NCBI RefSeq assembly: GCF_963921235.1
Contig: NC_086097.1
Span: forward strand, 162,008,001-162,072,000
DNA: 64,000 nucleotides
Reading direction: 5' to 3'
From: Mobula hypostoma
Lineage: Eukaryota
The notes beneath the pieces are model-generated. The model was not told the DNA's origin, made no database searches, and saw nothing but the letters and a program-made list of their open reading frames with translations. Shown here in pieces: positions 38,801-51,406 of the stretch; within the stretch, counting starts at the first letter, position 1; each line of letters starts with the position of its first letter. Position numbers and translations under genes: made by a program.

Positions 38801-39500
38801 TCCCAACTGTGAAGCTTGGTGAAAAGAGTATCATGGTTTGGGGCTGCTTTGTTGCCTCAGGACCTGGACAGCTTGCATTGTTGGGAGCAATGAATTCAAA
38901 ATTGTATCAAGACATTTTATAGGAGAATGTCAGGATAGCGGTCCATCACCAGAAGCTTAATAGAACTTGGATGATATAATAAGATAGTGATCCAAAACAG
39001 AAGAGTAAATCAACAACAGAATGGTACAAAAAGAAGAAAATTTGAGTCTTGAAATGGCCAAATCATAGCCCAGAGCTTATCCTAGTTGAAATGCTGTGGT
39101 ATGACCTGAAGAGTGCTGTTCATGTAAGGTATCCCAGAAATATTGATTAACTTAAACAGTTCTGCATGGAGGAATGGTCTAAACTGCTGTTTACCATTGA
39201 GCAAGTCTGATCAGCAGCTACAGAAAACGTTTGGTGGAGGTTATTGGTGCTAAGGGAGGTTCTACCAGTTATTAAATACAAGGGTTTACATACTTTTTCC
39301 AGCCTGGACTGAATGATTAAACAATGTGTTCAAAAAAGACATGAAAATTACAATTGTTTGTGTGTTATTAGTTTAGGTAGATTGTGTTTGCCTATTATTG
39401 TAACTTAGATTTTATGTGTAATTATTCAGACCACATTTTGAGTAATTAATGCAGAAAGCCAGGTAATTGCAAAGGGTTCACAAACTTTTTCTTGCAACTG
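35842..39500 (+). mobile_element. Tc1-family transposon (related to 3775-13053), split by an L1 derivative
   Basis: TA|CAGTTGCTGGAAAAAGTTTGTGAACCC ... GGGTTCACAAACTTTTTCTTGCAACTG|TA; degenerate transposase at ~36212-36292 and ~38349-39275. Confidence 0.92.
36293..38348 (-). mobile_element. Internally deleted L1: 5' UTR + ORF1 + inter-ORF + only the end of ORF2 + poly(A)
   Basis: TSD CTACAAAAGC (36283-36292 / 38349-38358); poly-T at 36293. ORF1 fragments (DQEGRSQWKNIRIYNVPEG, EIERAHR) span ~38216-37208; ORF2 C-terminal remnant (YKMEKIT...WKKW) spans ~36755-36477. Confidence 0.88.
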
Positions 39501-40681
39501 TACTTCAAAATAACCTCCATGGATCTATAATGTCCACCTCAGTGGGCAGAGGAGCCTTGGTTCAACATTTGATCAGGAATTCTGACAGCAACAAATCCTC
39601 AATACTGCACTGGAGAGGCAGTCAAGATTTTTGTGTTCTAAGTCTCTAGTGTGTGGAATCTGAATCTATAAATGCCTTAATGAGTTATGTACTAGGATAC
39701 AAGCTGAAAACAATTGCAACATTGATGTATCCAATTTAAGTCAAGAGCAGATATGATTAATATAGGGGACAAGTATGGTGATCATTTTTCCCTATTTTGG
39801 TTCTAGTTGTGAAATATTCAGTAGGTAATGAAAATCTAATGAACATGAGCATCAAGAAACTCAACAGCATTTGATATTTTAAAATTCAGACAACTCATAA
39901 TGTATTTAATAGTTTTTAGCAAAATGCATATCTAGCATATTATAGGCATCACTTGACAAAATATTTGGTCATGTTTTAAAATATGGACATCAATCTGATC
40001 CTATTTAAGGGCTTTGTCAGGTTGGCATCTGATTCTTAGGTACGCCTGGTGCTACTGTCACCATTTCCTTTTGTGTGCTTTCAACCAGGAGTAAATCTCT
40101 GGCTTGGTGGTAATTGTAGAGTGAAGGAAATGCCAAACCATTTTATGGTGATGCACCTTTCTGCAACTAATGCTGATGGTCAATGCTGCTTCGTGTATGC
40201 TCAATTTTGAGTTTCCAAGTCTGTTCTGTGCTATTATAGTGCTCAGCAACACAATTCAGGATGTTTTCTGTAGAACCATCTCCACAGGACTGTGTGTTAG
40301 TTGCTTCTACCATTGCTATCAAGGACAGGTGCATTCTTTAAAAATACAAGCCCAAGTTAGTTTATCTGGCAGGTGCTCTTCCAGATGCAGCCCCCTACTG
40401 CCATCTTGATAATAGATATCTAATCTGCCAACCAGCAAATATTTTCTTTCTCTGTTAATTTAATATTGTCAATGCTTCTCCGTACTGGATAACTCTTGGA
40501 AGGACTGCCAGTTCAACAACTGGAGGAATAGGCATATTATCTCTAAGATACGAATCTTGATGACTATGGCATAATTTCCCAGAATCATCAAATAGGACAA
40601 TTCTTCCTCTTGGATACCTAACCCCAGATGTTTGTGAGAAGATTTTGTAAGGTCATCAGGGATCAGAGTGACTTTGCCATA

Positions 40682-42293
40682 CAGGTTTCCCCCGCCATCC
40701 GAAGGTAGAGCGTTCGGATGAAACGGTTCGTAAGCCGGAATGTTGTAAAGCGAAGAAGCAATTACTATTTATTTACATGGGAAAAATTTGTGAGCGTTTG
40801 CAGACCCAAAAATAACCTACCAAATCATGCCAAATAACACACAAAACCTAAAATAACAGTAACATATAGTAAAAGCAGGAATGATATGATAAATACTCAG
40901 CCTACATAAAGTAGAAATACTTTTCCACAATCATTGCCATACTGTTCTCCGTCGCGAAAATCTCACGCAATCGCTTTCGGCAGAAAGACTCTCTCCAGTA
41001 ACCTTTAAGCTATGAAGCTGCCAAATCACACCAAATAACACATAAAAATACACAGCCTATATAAAGTAGAAATAATGTATCTACAGTGTAGTATCACTTA
41101 CCGGAATCAGGAAGACAGCACCGAGCACACTGATGATGGTGTGTTAGGCTGAGTCATCGGAGGTTGGGGTGGTGCAGTGGCCCCCACCTTCCAGGCCGCC
41201 GACTGATACCAATCCGCGAAGCATGCAGGGGTACAGCAGTAGCCAGGATGCACCCAGCACATCTTTAAGAAAAAAGCCGAAAAAAAACAAGCTAATTAAT
41301 TAGGAGCCACCCGGCACGTAAATGTCGGCCCAGATCAGAGGCGACGCAATCAGCAGTTGCCTCTGATCTGGGCCGACATTTACATGCCGGGCAGCACCTA
41401 ATTAATTAGCTTGTTTATTTCGGCTTTTTTTTCTTAAAGATGTGCTGGGTGCGTCCCGGCTACCGCTGCATTCTCCGCGAATCGGTATATGTCCGCGGCC
41501 CGGGGTTTGAGGTGGTTGGACACTGAGGTGTCGCCTATTTCCATCAGGGCAGGCAGGTCATCTTCTTCTATGTCTGCCTGCCTCGATGTCAAAGGTCGAG
41601 GTTCATCGTCTGCTGTGGCTGATGTGGAAGACTTGAAAAATGACAGTATGCTTGACTGCTATCATACAGTTCTTCGTAAGCACTCAGACCATCTTGCAAA
41701 TATGCCCTAAACCGACGTACCCTTTGAAAATTAAAGTCGTACTTTATCATTGCAGCGAAAATCTCATGCAGTTGCTTCACGTTCAGTTCCTGGACGATTT
41801 CACTTTCGGTCCGTTTGCTACTGCATTCGGTTCGATTGTTATCCTTTCCTCTTCCAATTGCATCAGCTTTTCTTCTATCAGTTCTTAGTCATGGGATGCC
41901 AAAACCTCTTCAACATCATCTTCGTCAGCTTCCACAAACCAAACTCACTTTGTCCTTACTTCATTCACCATGATCGAAACGCTTAATTATGTCTAGTTTT
42001 ACGCTAAGTGTAACACCCTTACGAGCTCTTTTAGACTTTTCCGATACAGTACCTTAGAACTCATCTTGCTAATGGATGCTCATGGGCACGTGTTTTTGCA
42101 ATGCTGGCTAGAATGCCGTTCCGAATCCGGGGGAGGAGCTTGGCTGCTCGGGGCACATGCTGCCTTTTTTTCGTGTGCTGCTTTTTTCATAACGGTGAAA
42201 ACACCTTCTGTTAGCGAAAACAGGTAACTAATGTAGGTCTTTCATAACAGTGAGGTTTCATAAAGCGAATGTTGGAAAAGCGGGGTACACCTG
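40682..42293 (-). mobile_element. pogo/Tigger-like non-autonomous DNA transposon
   Basis: TA|CAGGTTTCCCCCGCCATCCGAA ... TTGGAAAAGCGGGGTACACCTG|TA. A minus-strand acidic transposase-like C-terminal remnant (EDDVEEVLASH...LMQLEEER) lies at ~41590-41970; internal direct repeats at ~40820 and ~41021. Confidence 0.8.
41175..41525. repeat. Long imperfect palindrome (core 41234-41468, ~10-nt loop at 41346-41355)
   Basis: GCACCCAGCACATCTTTAAG...GTCGGCCCAGATCAGAGGC is mirrored by GCCTCTGATCTGGGCCGAC...CTTAAAGATGTGCTGGGTGC. Confidence 0.93.
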
Positions 42294-42659
42294 TATTTGA
42301 ATTTGGGATCCCAGTTTGGTGCGGGGGAGTCCATCCGGTGTTCAAAGAGTAAAATTTGAATGGTGGACTAGTACAGCAGATTTATATTCCTGTAAAGAAT
42401 AAGTGAACCAGATAGAGTTTTTACTTTACTTCTAGAAGTTTCTGTCATCATAATTGCTAATGACCTTTTATTTCCCCTTTTAAAAGTTCGGTTCTTATCA
42501 ACAGAATTTAAGTTCCAAGCTACAGTGGTTTTGATTTGAATTCTGAGATCTCTGTTGTTTGTCCAGGCCTGAAATTAACCTGTGAACCACCAATATGCTA
42601 TTTAACACAGAAGAGGGCAGTCTTGCTCTTTGGTCCTGTTGTTTCCTCAGAGCTGTATT

Positions 42660-43845
42660 ACATTTTTTACATGCCCTTACCTACTGCACCACAAGCTTCC
42701 ACATCCAGCATGTCATTCTCTGTAACCTCCACCATTTTCAACTGGATCCTACCACGAAAACTTTCCCCACCCCACACTTTCCATTTTCCATGGGGATCAC
42801 TTTTTCCCTTGTCCATTCATCGCTCCCCAAAGATCTTCCTCCTGGCACTTATCCCTACATCTTCTGCCTGCCCATTCATCTCCTCCGTAACCACCATTTA
42901 GGGTCCAAACAGTCCTTCCAGGTGAGACACACTTCACTGCAAGTCTGTTGGGGTCATCTAGTGTATTTGGTATTCACGGTACGGCCTTCTCTGCATCAGT
43001 GAGACCTGACATAAGTTGGGGGAGCGCTTTGTCAAGCACCTTTGCTCAGTCTGTAACAGGAACAACCATTTTAATTCCATTCCTCAGTCATTCTAACATG
43101 TCTGTCCATGGCATAATGAAGCCACTCTCAGCTTGGAGAAGCAACACCTCATATTCTGTCTGGGTAGTCTCCAACCTTACAGAATGAACATTAATTTCTC
43201 TAACTTCTAGTCATTTTTTCACCTCCCCCCATCTTTCTTTTTCCATTTCCCATTCTGGCACCCCTGTTACTGCTTCTCTTCTCTTCTCACCTGCCTATCA
43301 TCTCCTTCTGATGGCTTCTCCTCTGTCCCTTTCTCACATGGTCCACTCTCCTTCTCCTGTCAGATTCCGCCTCCTTCAATCCTTTACTTTTTCCACCTTA
43401 CACGTCCCAGCCAAGTGGACAAGGGAGTCACACAGAGAGAAAACACTGTAGAAAGCAGATGCTGGGGGGGAGGTAGCGATGTGTTTAGTGATAGGATCCC
43501 ATTGAAGATGGGGAAAGTTGCAGAGAATGAGGTCACTCTCAGATCGGAGGAGCAATAAATCATATTCTCTCTAGCTGACCATCAAACTGGCAGCATGGAC
43601 ATGGATTTTACTGCCCTTTACCCTTTCCACTTCAGCCCTTTACCTTTCCCACTTACCTTCAGCTCTTTACCTTTCCCACTTATTCAGCTTCTCGCTTCAT
43701 CCTCCTTCCATCTATCAACTGCCAGATAAATGTCCTTGCCCAGAAACGTCAACTCTTCATAGATGAAGCCTGACCTGCTGAGTTCCTCCTACATCTTGTG
43801 TATGTTACTCTGGCTTTGCAGCATCTGCAGAATCTCTTGTGTTTA
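42660..43845 (+). mobile_element. Older, rearranged Penelope-like element
   Basis: Degenerate linker/GIY-YIG (GSKQSFQVR). Short inverted piece at ~43411-43530, about three copies of CCTTTACCTTTCCCACTT at ~43613-43682, terminus CATCTGCAGAATCTCTTGTGTTT. Confidence 0.75.
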
Positions 43846-44376
43846 CCTTTTTGCTTTTTCTCCGGCTCCCCTTTGAAAGTTGCTGTAGTGTCTGTTTCTA
43901 CCGTACTTTAAGAAGATCTGCTTGAGGTATTTAAAAATACCTCACTCCTGACTTCTTAAGTTTAAAAATATCTAACATCTGTGGTAGATTTCATAGAGCT
44001 GCCTGTAAATGGAGGGCACTTCTGCCAGTGTTCTATTTCAGAAATATGATTCTTTGCCGTACTTTGATTTGATCATCTCCATTAAATCTCTTTGTAATTA
44101 TGTTTACCTTAAGAGGAAACTACCTTGGCTAATATGTCTCCAAATTACTGAAATCTCCATCCCAGTATTTTTCCATCTTGTCCAAATCTCCCCAACCCTA
44201 ATGTATTCCTTAAAAAAAGATCTTATCTTTCTGCTTAATGCTGATTTTATATATGCAGATTTCCTACATTCAATCCCGTAGTATATTAAAATAATCCATC
44301 AATTTCTGCCTTAAATAAATCCAGCAACTCAGTCCTCATGACCTTTTTGCTGAATGTTTCCAAAGGTTCCTCACCC

Positions 44377-44975
44377 ATTTAGAAATCTGATGGCAGAGGG
44401 GAAGAAGCTGTTCCTGAATCACTGAGTGTGTGCTTCTGTGCCTCCTTCCTGACGGTAACGGTGAGAATAGAGCATGTCCTGGGTGGTGGACACTGCTTTC
44501 CTGAGGCACCGCTCCTTAAAGATATCTTGGATACTACAGTGGCTAATACCATGATGGAGCTGGCTAATCTTACAAGTTTCTGCAATTTATTTCAGTCTTG
44601 TGCAGTCAACTCCCCATACCAGACAATGATGCAGTCAGTATATTTGTGGAAGTTTTCAAGTGCTTTAGTTGACAAACCAAATCTTCTCAAATTCCCAGTG
44701 AAATATAGCCGCTGTCTTGCCTTCTTTATAACTGCATCAATATGTTATATCCTGGTTAGGTCCTCTGAGATCTTGCCACCCAGGAACTTGAAATTGCTAA
44801 CTCTCGACTTCTGATCCCTCCATGAGGATTGGTTTGTGTTCCCTCAACTTACCCTTTCTGAAGTCCACAACAACTCTTTGGTCTTGCTGATGTTGAGTGC
44901 AAGGTTGTTGCAGCGACAGCACTTAACTAACTTCCATATCTCGCTCCTGTACACCCTTTTGTTATGATCTGAAAT
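44377..44975 (-). mobile_element. Rex1/Babar LINE fragment
   Basis: Reverse-complement similarity to 16550-16770 and 17607-18010. Confidence 0.78.
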
Positions 44976-45398
44976 TCTGAAATCAACTCTACATCAATCC
45001 TTTGAAGACCAAAAAGAATGTTGTCTTGCAGTGAGATCACTGGTATATTTCTTACATATTCCAAATGATGAATAGTTTAACAGTATTAATTGCAATGCGC
45101 TTATGCTTTTGCTTTAAGTACTACTCAACATGTTGCATTAAATCTAAAGGCATTGACATGCCACAGGATGGCGCTATTGTTGTGCACTTCTGATTTAAAA
45201 ATGACTTGTTTATCAATGTAAGGCAAGCTTGTTGTGTTCAACCTACTTTTCAGTATTCTTTTTGGTTTTGTTCTAGGTTGCAGTGTTAAACCTTTGAACA
45301 TGTCAGTACCATTCCTTCTTCAGTTCCTGGTTTCACTTAGCTATTCTTAAATTCCTGTCACAGCTGCTGAGATGTTGGGCCTGATCATGCTACGACCT

Positions 45399-46995
45399 CT
45401 GGTCAAAATTTCTTTTACTGTGAATAGCTAAGCAAGTAAAAGATGACCTGATTTCCAAAAGGCATAAAGTTAAAGATGATGCATTTCTTTAATATTTTAA
45501 GCAAGATTACTTTTTTATTTCCATCTTTTACAGTTTCAAAAGAACAAAAAAGGAGAAGGGCCCAAAGCAAAAGTTTGGGCACCCTGCATGGTCAGTATTT
45601 AGTAACACCCCCTTTGGCAAGTATCACAGCTTGTAAATGCTTTCTGTAGCCAGCTAAGAGTCTTTTAATTCTTGTTTGGGGGATTTTCGCCTATTCTTCC
45701 TTGCAAAACACTTCTAGTTCTGTGAGATTCTTGAGCTGTCTTGCATGCACTGCTCTTTCGAGGTCTATTGACAGATTTTCGATGATGTTTAGGTCGGGGG
45801 ACTGTGAGGGCCATGGCAAAACCTTCAGCTTGAGCCTCTTGAGGTAGTCCACTGTGGATTTTGAGGTGTGTTTAGGATCATTATCCTGTTGTAGAAGCCA
45901 TCCTCTTTTCATCTTCGGCTTTTTTACAGATGGTGTGATGTTTGCTTCCAGAATTTGCTGGTATTTAATTGAATTCATTCTTACCTCTACCAGTGAAATG
46001 TTCCCCGTGCCACTGGCTGCAACACAAGCCCAAAGCATGATCGATCCAACCCTGTGCTTAACAGTTGGAGAGGGGTTCTTTTCTTGAAATTCTGCACCCT
46101 TTTTGCTCCAAACATACCTTTGTTCATTGTGGCCAAAAAGCTCTATTTTAACTTCATCAGTCCACAGGACTTGTTTCCAAAATGCATCAGGCTTGTTTAG
46201 ATGTTCCTTTACAAACTTCTGACGCTGAATTTTGTGGTGAGGACACAGGAAAGGTTTCCTTCTGATGACTCTTCCATGAAGGTCATATTTGTGCAGGTGT
46301 CATTGCACAGTAGAACAATGCACCACCACTCCAGAGTCTGCTAAATCTTCCTGATGGTCTTTTGCAGTCAAACGGGAGTTTTGATTTGCCTTTCTAGCAA
46401 TCCTATGAGCAGTTCTCTCGGAAGGCTTTCTTGGTCTTCCAGACCTCAACTTGACCATCACCATTCCTGTTATCTGCCATTTGTTAATTACATTAGGAAC
46501 TGAGGAAACGGCTACCTGAAAACGCTTTGTTATCTTCTTGTGCCTTCTCCTGCTTTGTGGGCATCATTTATTTCAATTTTCAGAGTGCTAGGCAGCTGCT
46601 TAGAGGAGCACATGGCTGCTGATTGTTGGGACAAGGTTTGAGGAGTCAGGGTATTTAGGAAGCTTTGAAATTTGCATCACCTGGCCTTTCCTAGCAATGA
46701 CTGTGAAGAAGCCATAGTCCTATCAAGTTAATTAAGGTCTGAGACCTTGGTAAAAGTTATCTGAGAACTCAAATCTCTTGGGGTGTCCAAACTTTTGCAT
46801 GGTGCTCCTTTCGTTTTTTTCACTCTAAAATTGTACAAAACAAAAATAATACACTATTTTTCTTGCTTAAAATCTTGAAACAAATGTTTCATCTTTAACT
46901 TTATGACTTTTGGAGATCAGTTCATCTTCTACTCACTTAACTATTCACAGTAACAGAAATTTTGACCGGGGTGCCCAAACTTTTGCATGCCACTG
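45399..46995 (-). mobile_element. Tc1-family transposon (same family as 1-1200), degenerate transposase ~46613-45591
   Basis: ORF 45691-46038 QQDNDPKH...[12 protein letters not shown]. End ...GCATGCCACTG|TA at 46995; the other end lacks the outermost ~28 bp. Confidence 0.93.
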
Positions 46996-49523
46996 TATCA
47001 TTAACAGTCACCCTGAACTCTTCTGGTCTGGAGGTGCAAAACCACCTAATAGATCTCCATCTCATAGGATTGTTGATGACCAAACTTCATTGCAGTACTC
47101 ACGATTCCTATTTCCTCCCTATTTGGACTTCTTTCCATCCTCCCATAGTCTCTGGCTTTCTTGCTTTTATTTTGGTGTTGACTGCTTCCACATGAGTACT
47201 TTCAAGATATCTTCCTTTTTCCTCAGCTGTTATTTATTTTCCACAATAATTGATAGGACTTTCAGCCATTCCTGTTTCATTAAATGTAATTCTGGTCTCA
47301 CTTTGCCTCTCATCCTACCAAGTTCAAGGTTATGATTTCCCTGGTCTTTCCCCATCGATCACTTTAAAGCTCCATCCTCCACCACCTTCATACTGTAATT
47401 GATTTCCAACATAGTCCGAATGATTAATACATTTGATTTTATCCATGGTAACTCATTCTTTAATTAATTATCATCTGAAGTTTCAGTCTGTCAATAAAAA
47501 TATTCCCGATGTGTCATTGATTTTATTTTAAATGATTAACCCACATCTTTGCCAAGTTAATGTAAGTTTATGTTGTTCATTTATTCTTCTGTTACCATTG
47601 TTGCCACTTTATTTATTTATTTATATATAAAAGCAGTAAAACACACTGGCCAAAAATTTGTATGTTTGATTCAAGTTTTGACATCTTTTTGATCTTTCTT
47701 GAGGAAATATGGCAATGTGGCACAGTCAGCCACTACACGCCAATTCAGCCCCCCTCCCACCCCACCGACATGCACTTTTTAAAAGAAAGAACAAAACACA
47801 TTGTTTAAACAAGTGATGGAAATCTAAATATACTTGATCTCCAAAAGCATATAGTAATTGATTATCATTTTGCGGTCACTTGAAGGTGGCTTGGAAAATC
47901 AGTGTTCCTTATTGACCAATATTAGTTTTCTGTAGATTCTTCTCCTCCAGGTTTGATAATAGATGCAGAATATAAGCTGACAGTCTCATTTTAGACTGGT
48001 AGGATGTCAAAGTTAGGATCCAAGAGGAAGGCCAAAGGCTTTCTTGGGAAACCAGAGAGCAAAGTGGAGGAGTGAATTCCCACTACTCTTTCTCTGCAAT
48101 TCTGTTAGTTCTACAGATAAGTCTTTATCATTGGGAAGGGTTTTTTTATTCTTGCAAAATGATAAATATTGTAGATCAAATTATTGTTGCAACTCTGCAT
48201 CTTCACTTGGTATGAGGGGAAATCATTTTCACAATTTCCATTTGATGTAATCAATTATGCCAAAGCTCTATTGCTCTTGTTACAGTACCTTGCATCATCA
48301 ATGTCTTTCCACTGTGAAAGGTAAGAAATTTTACACTGCCCTTATTATCCAAAAAGGATAGGATCTGGACTTAAAGCAGGTTAAGTCTAGATCTGCAGGT
48401 TACGTAAAAAAAAATCACAGATAACCACTGAGACCCTCTCCTTTGTACCCAGTGCACCTCCTAAAGAAGCATAAGTATGCTCTTAAATATTTTAAAATTG
48501 TTGATGCATTTTAATAATTGCACTAAAGACAGTCATATGAGCTAACTATGATCAATGATGAGATTAGATAGTGCAGCTGTAAGTCAGTGAAGACTGGTCG
48601 CCATTAGAAAAGGCACAGCTGACACGTGATCTGGGATCTCAAAACAGACCATGTTCCTCAGTGTGTATATGTATATTTGTATATTCTATTAGAAAAAAAT
48701 CAAGGCGGGTCTAGGAGCTGATCTGTCAAGTACAGGAATTTGCAGGTAACAAGTCAGTGGATAATGTAGACTTGAGTGTACATGGTGGATATAAAAAAAT
48801 TATGTGCAATATTATAGAAGCTGCTAAATCTGTATTTTTGTTATATGACAGGCACAATTTATCTGGAGAAGATGAGTTTTAGGAAGTAGTATGAAATAGT
48901 TTGTATTTTTATCAAGATCTCCAATCTTTCCCACGTAAAGAAGAAAAATACTGTAGACATTTGATGGATGCTATTTTGACTTGGAGATGCTGTGAGAGGC
49001 TGCTTCTGCAGGAGTGACCTGTGAATAGATGGGTCACTTGGCACTAAAGAAAATCTTGGATGTGGCATTCAGATGTCACATCCAAGACTTGACTTGGGCA
49101 ATAGAAGCTTGAGAGAACTCAGAATGAAAATCAAACATTTAGCATCCTTGCTGTAAATGAGTGATTTTATTCACAATTTATTTTCTATGGATGATAGACT
49201 GCATATTACTTATGTCTGGCACCAAGTGATCTGATTTCTAAGAAATATAGAGATAATGAATATAAAGCCTATGCAATTAAAATAAGCAATGGACATTAAA
49301 CAGCAGAAATGTAGATAATAGGCAACGTACTACAATTTGGGAGAAAACTTTCATCTCACGATAAAGTCAGTGAAAGTAATATGCTTTTGTTGCTGTGGGT
49401 TTAGTATCTTTGAAGTACTTCGTGTTTTTTAAAAAAGATGTTTCTGTTTATTTTCCTTTTTAAGAATATTTTGCATTTCGTCTTGATCTTCAATCTTTCC
49501 TTTATTCTTTGTCATTACTAAAG

Positions 49524-49604
49524 GAATGAATCATTGCCAGCCCAGAGTAAAGAAAGCCAGGCGCTTTCTTCCTTTCATCCTCTGTTCTCAACACACAACC
49601 AAGG
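49524..49604 (+). CDS. PTK2: Alternative FAK exon, homologue of 'box 28': (G)MNHCQPRVKKARRFLPFILCSQHTTK
   Basis: Pyrimidine tract + taaag acceptor, AAGG|gtactg donor, 81 nt, phase 1/1; matches the rodent insert GVSHCQHKVKKARRFLPLVFCS... as recalled. Confidence 0.85.
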
Positions 49605-51315
49605 GTACTGGATTGTTGTTTTGCATTTTTTAAAACACTGTGCATTGCTTTGATGAGTTTAATTTCAGTCTGTAGTCTAACTCTTCAGTTTTGTGATTGA
49701 GGTTGCATATTAGTTTTTAAGCAGCGTTTCTGCTTATACCTCTGTGATCCTTCATTTGCATTTGTGCCTTATCTGTCTGATTACTCAGATATTCAATAAA
49801 TTCATGAGCTTTCTATTTAAAGGTGATTTGTATGAATGGATGCAGTATTTTATATGCATTAAATGACAAGGCCTAATACTCTTGTATAACCTAAAATGGA
49901 TTAAACATGAGTAAAATTAATTCTGTTTCCAAAAACTGAAATTTACTAATAAATATTAAGAAAAATCTTAAAGTACAAAAAATGGGTTTATTGACAAAGA
50001 GAAAGCAAAGCAAATTATATGATTCTTCATCAGAAAGATATAAAGGTCACCTTCAAGTAATTTGTATTTGCATGATTTAGTAGATTGGGTTTAGTTGATA
50101 GCTTGATCACTTGCTCTGCTTATTAACTAATTCTGTCCTTTAGTTATGCTCTTTGGACCAAAGACTGTTGTAACTCTTGGATTTTTAATTTGTGCTTCTC
50201 AAAAAGAATATGGAAGTTTTTTTGTTAAGCACTGTAATATTTACTTTAATCATTGCATTAACCATTCATTATTTTGGTGTCTTCCTTCAAGTTGAAAATA
50301 GAGCATAATGACAGAAAATTATGATTTGGTATCTTGTGTTTTCTAACGTATTAACAAATTTGCTAAGTTTACGTCATTTCATATTGCATTCCTTTCAAAC
50401 CAAGGCATGCATAAAGGAACATTTGAGTAAGAAAACTATCTCAATATGCTTTTTTTAATAAAAATACACTTCTTGCCACATTCACTAATGTGATAATTGG
50501 TATGCATATTTGCTTTGTTTGAAGAAATCTACTGAAAGCATTTAACACTGTGTCCAAATAATTTTTCATTATCGCTAATATAAAGAGCATATGGTAGAAC
50601 GTTAGAACACATGTTGAGAATTTGTTTTATGATTACTACCGATTAATTGTTTCGTTTTCCTCCTGATGCAGCTGAGGCCTTCACAAAGCTTCTATTATTG
50701 TTGGTTTGAGAAAACGCAGTGTACAGATTAGAAGCCCACAGCAAAATATTTTCTCCTGTCAGTTTTCATTCTCATGTTATCATCTTGTTGCCTTATAATG
50801 AGATGCATTCGTTTGTTAAAAATCTGGTTTGCATACACAGTGGGCTGCTAACATTTAAACCTGCATCTGAACCAGCTCATATTGATTGGATAGAAGTTTT
50901 ATCCATCTATTGTCTTCTGGATCCCAAGAAAATACGGTTTTCAATTTTGTTTGCCTTGTAGCCATGAATTAACAGCTAATTTGGTTAGCAACAGTAAAAC
51001 AATATTAAAGTTCTTTCTCTTAAACATACTAATGGACAAAAGTAGTGAAATCTTCATTGCAAGCTGTACAAAGCAGTCTGTTTGATGATTTCATGTGCTG
51101 CTGGAAATAAATTTCATTTACAGAGGATTATCCTTAGCAAATTTAAGGATGAAGCAATGAGACATTAATGGTTGTAATAACTTTATTGATGCCTATATTT
51201 TAACTAAACCTCAACTTAATTTTCATTTTCTGGCAATCTTGTTTACTTGCATTTTCTGACATCTTTGAAAATTGCACATTGCCTTTTATTCTTGCCTCTG
51301 GTAATAACTTAATTT

Positions 51316-51388
51316 TCCACTTTTCTTCCCTTCCTTGTTTCTCTTCCCTTCCTTGTTTCTCCTCCTTTCTTGCTGCCTGGATTCACAG
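51316..51388 (+). promoter_or_regulatory. Polypyrimidine tract with tandem duplication and TGC motifs upstream of box 6
   Basis: TCTTCCCTTCCTTGTTTC occurs twice in tandem, followed by TGCTGC 13-18 nt before the exon. Confidence 0.6.
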
Positions 51389-51406
51389 ATGAAATTAGTG
51401 GGGACG
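51389..51406 (+). CDS. PTK2: Alternative 18-nt FAK micro-exon 'box 6', DEISGD
   Basis: Long CU-rich tract + cacag acceptor, GACG|gtatga donor, phase 1/1; peptide identical to the known neuronal FAK box 6. Confidence 0.92.

Noticed and set aside
47000..47400. Possible very old Penelope-like fragment next to the Tc1 end
   Set aside because: Similarity too weak to support by eye.
49945..51033. ACTAAT cluster as a stand-alone QKI regulatory element
   Set aside because: Four hits in AT-rich DNA are not clearly above background; mentioned only as context.
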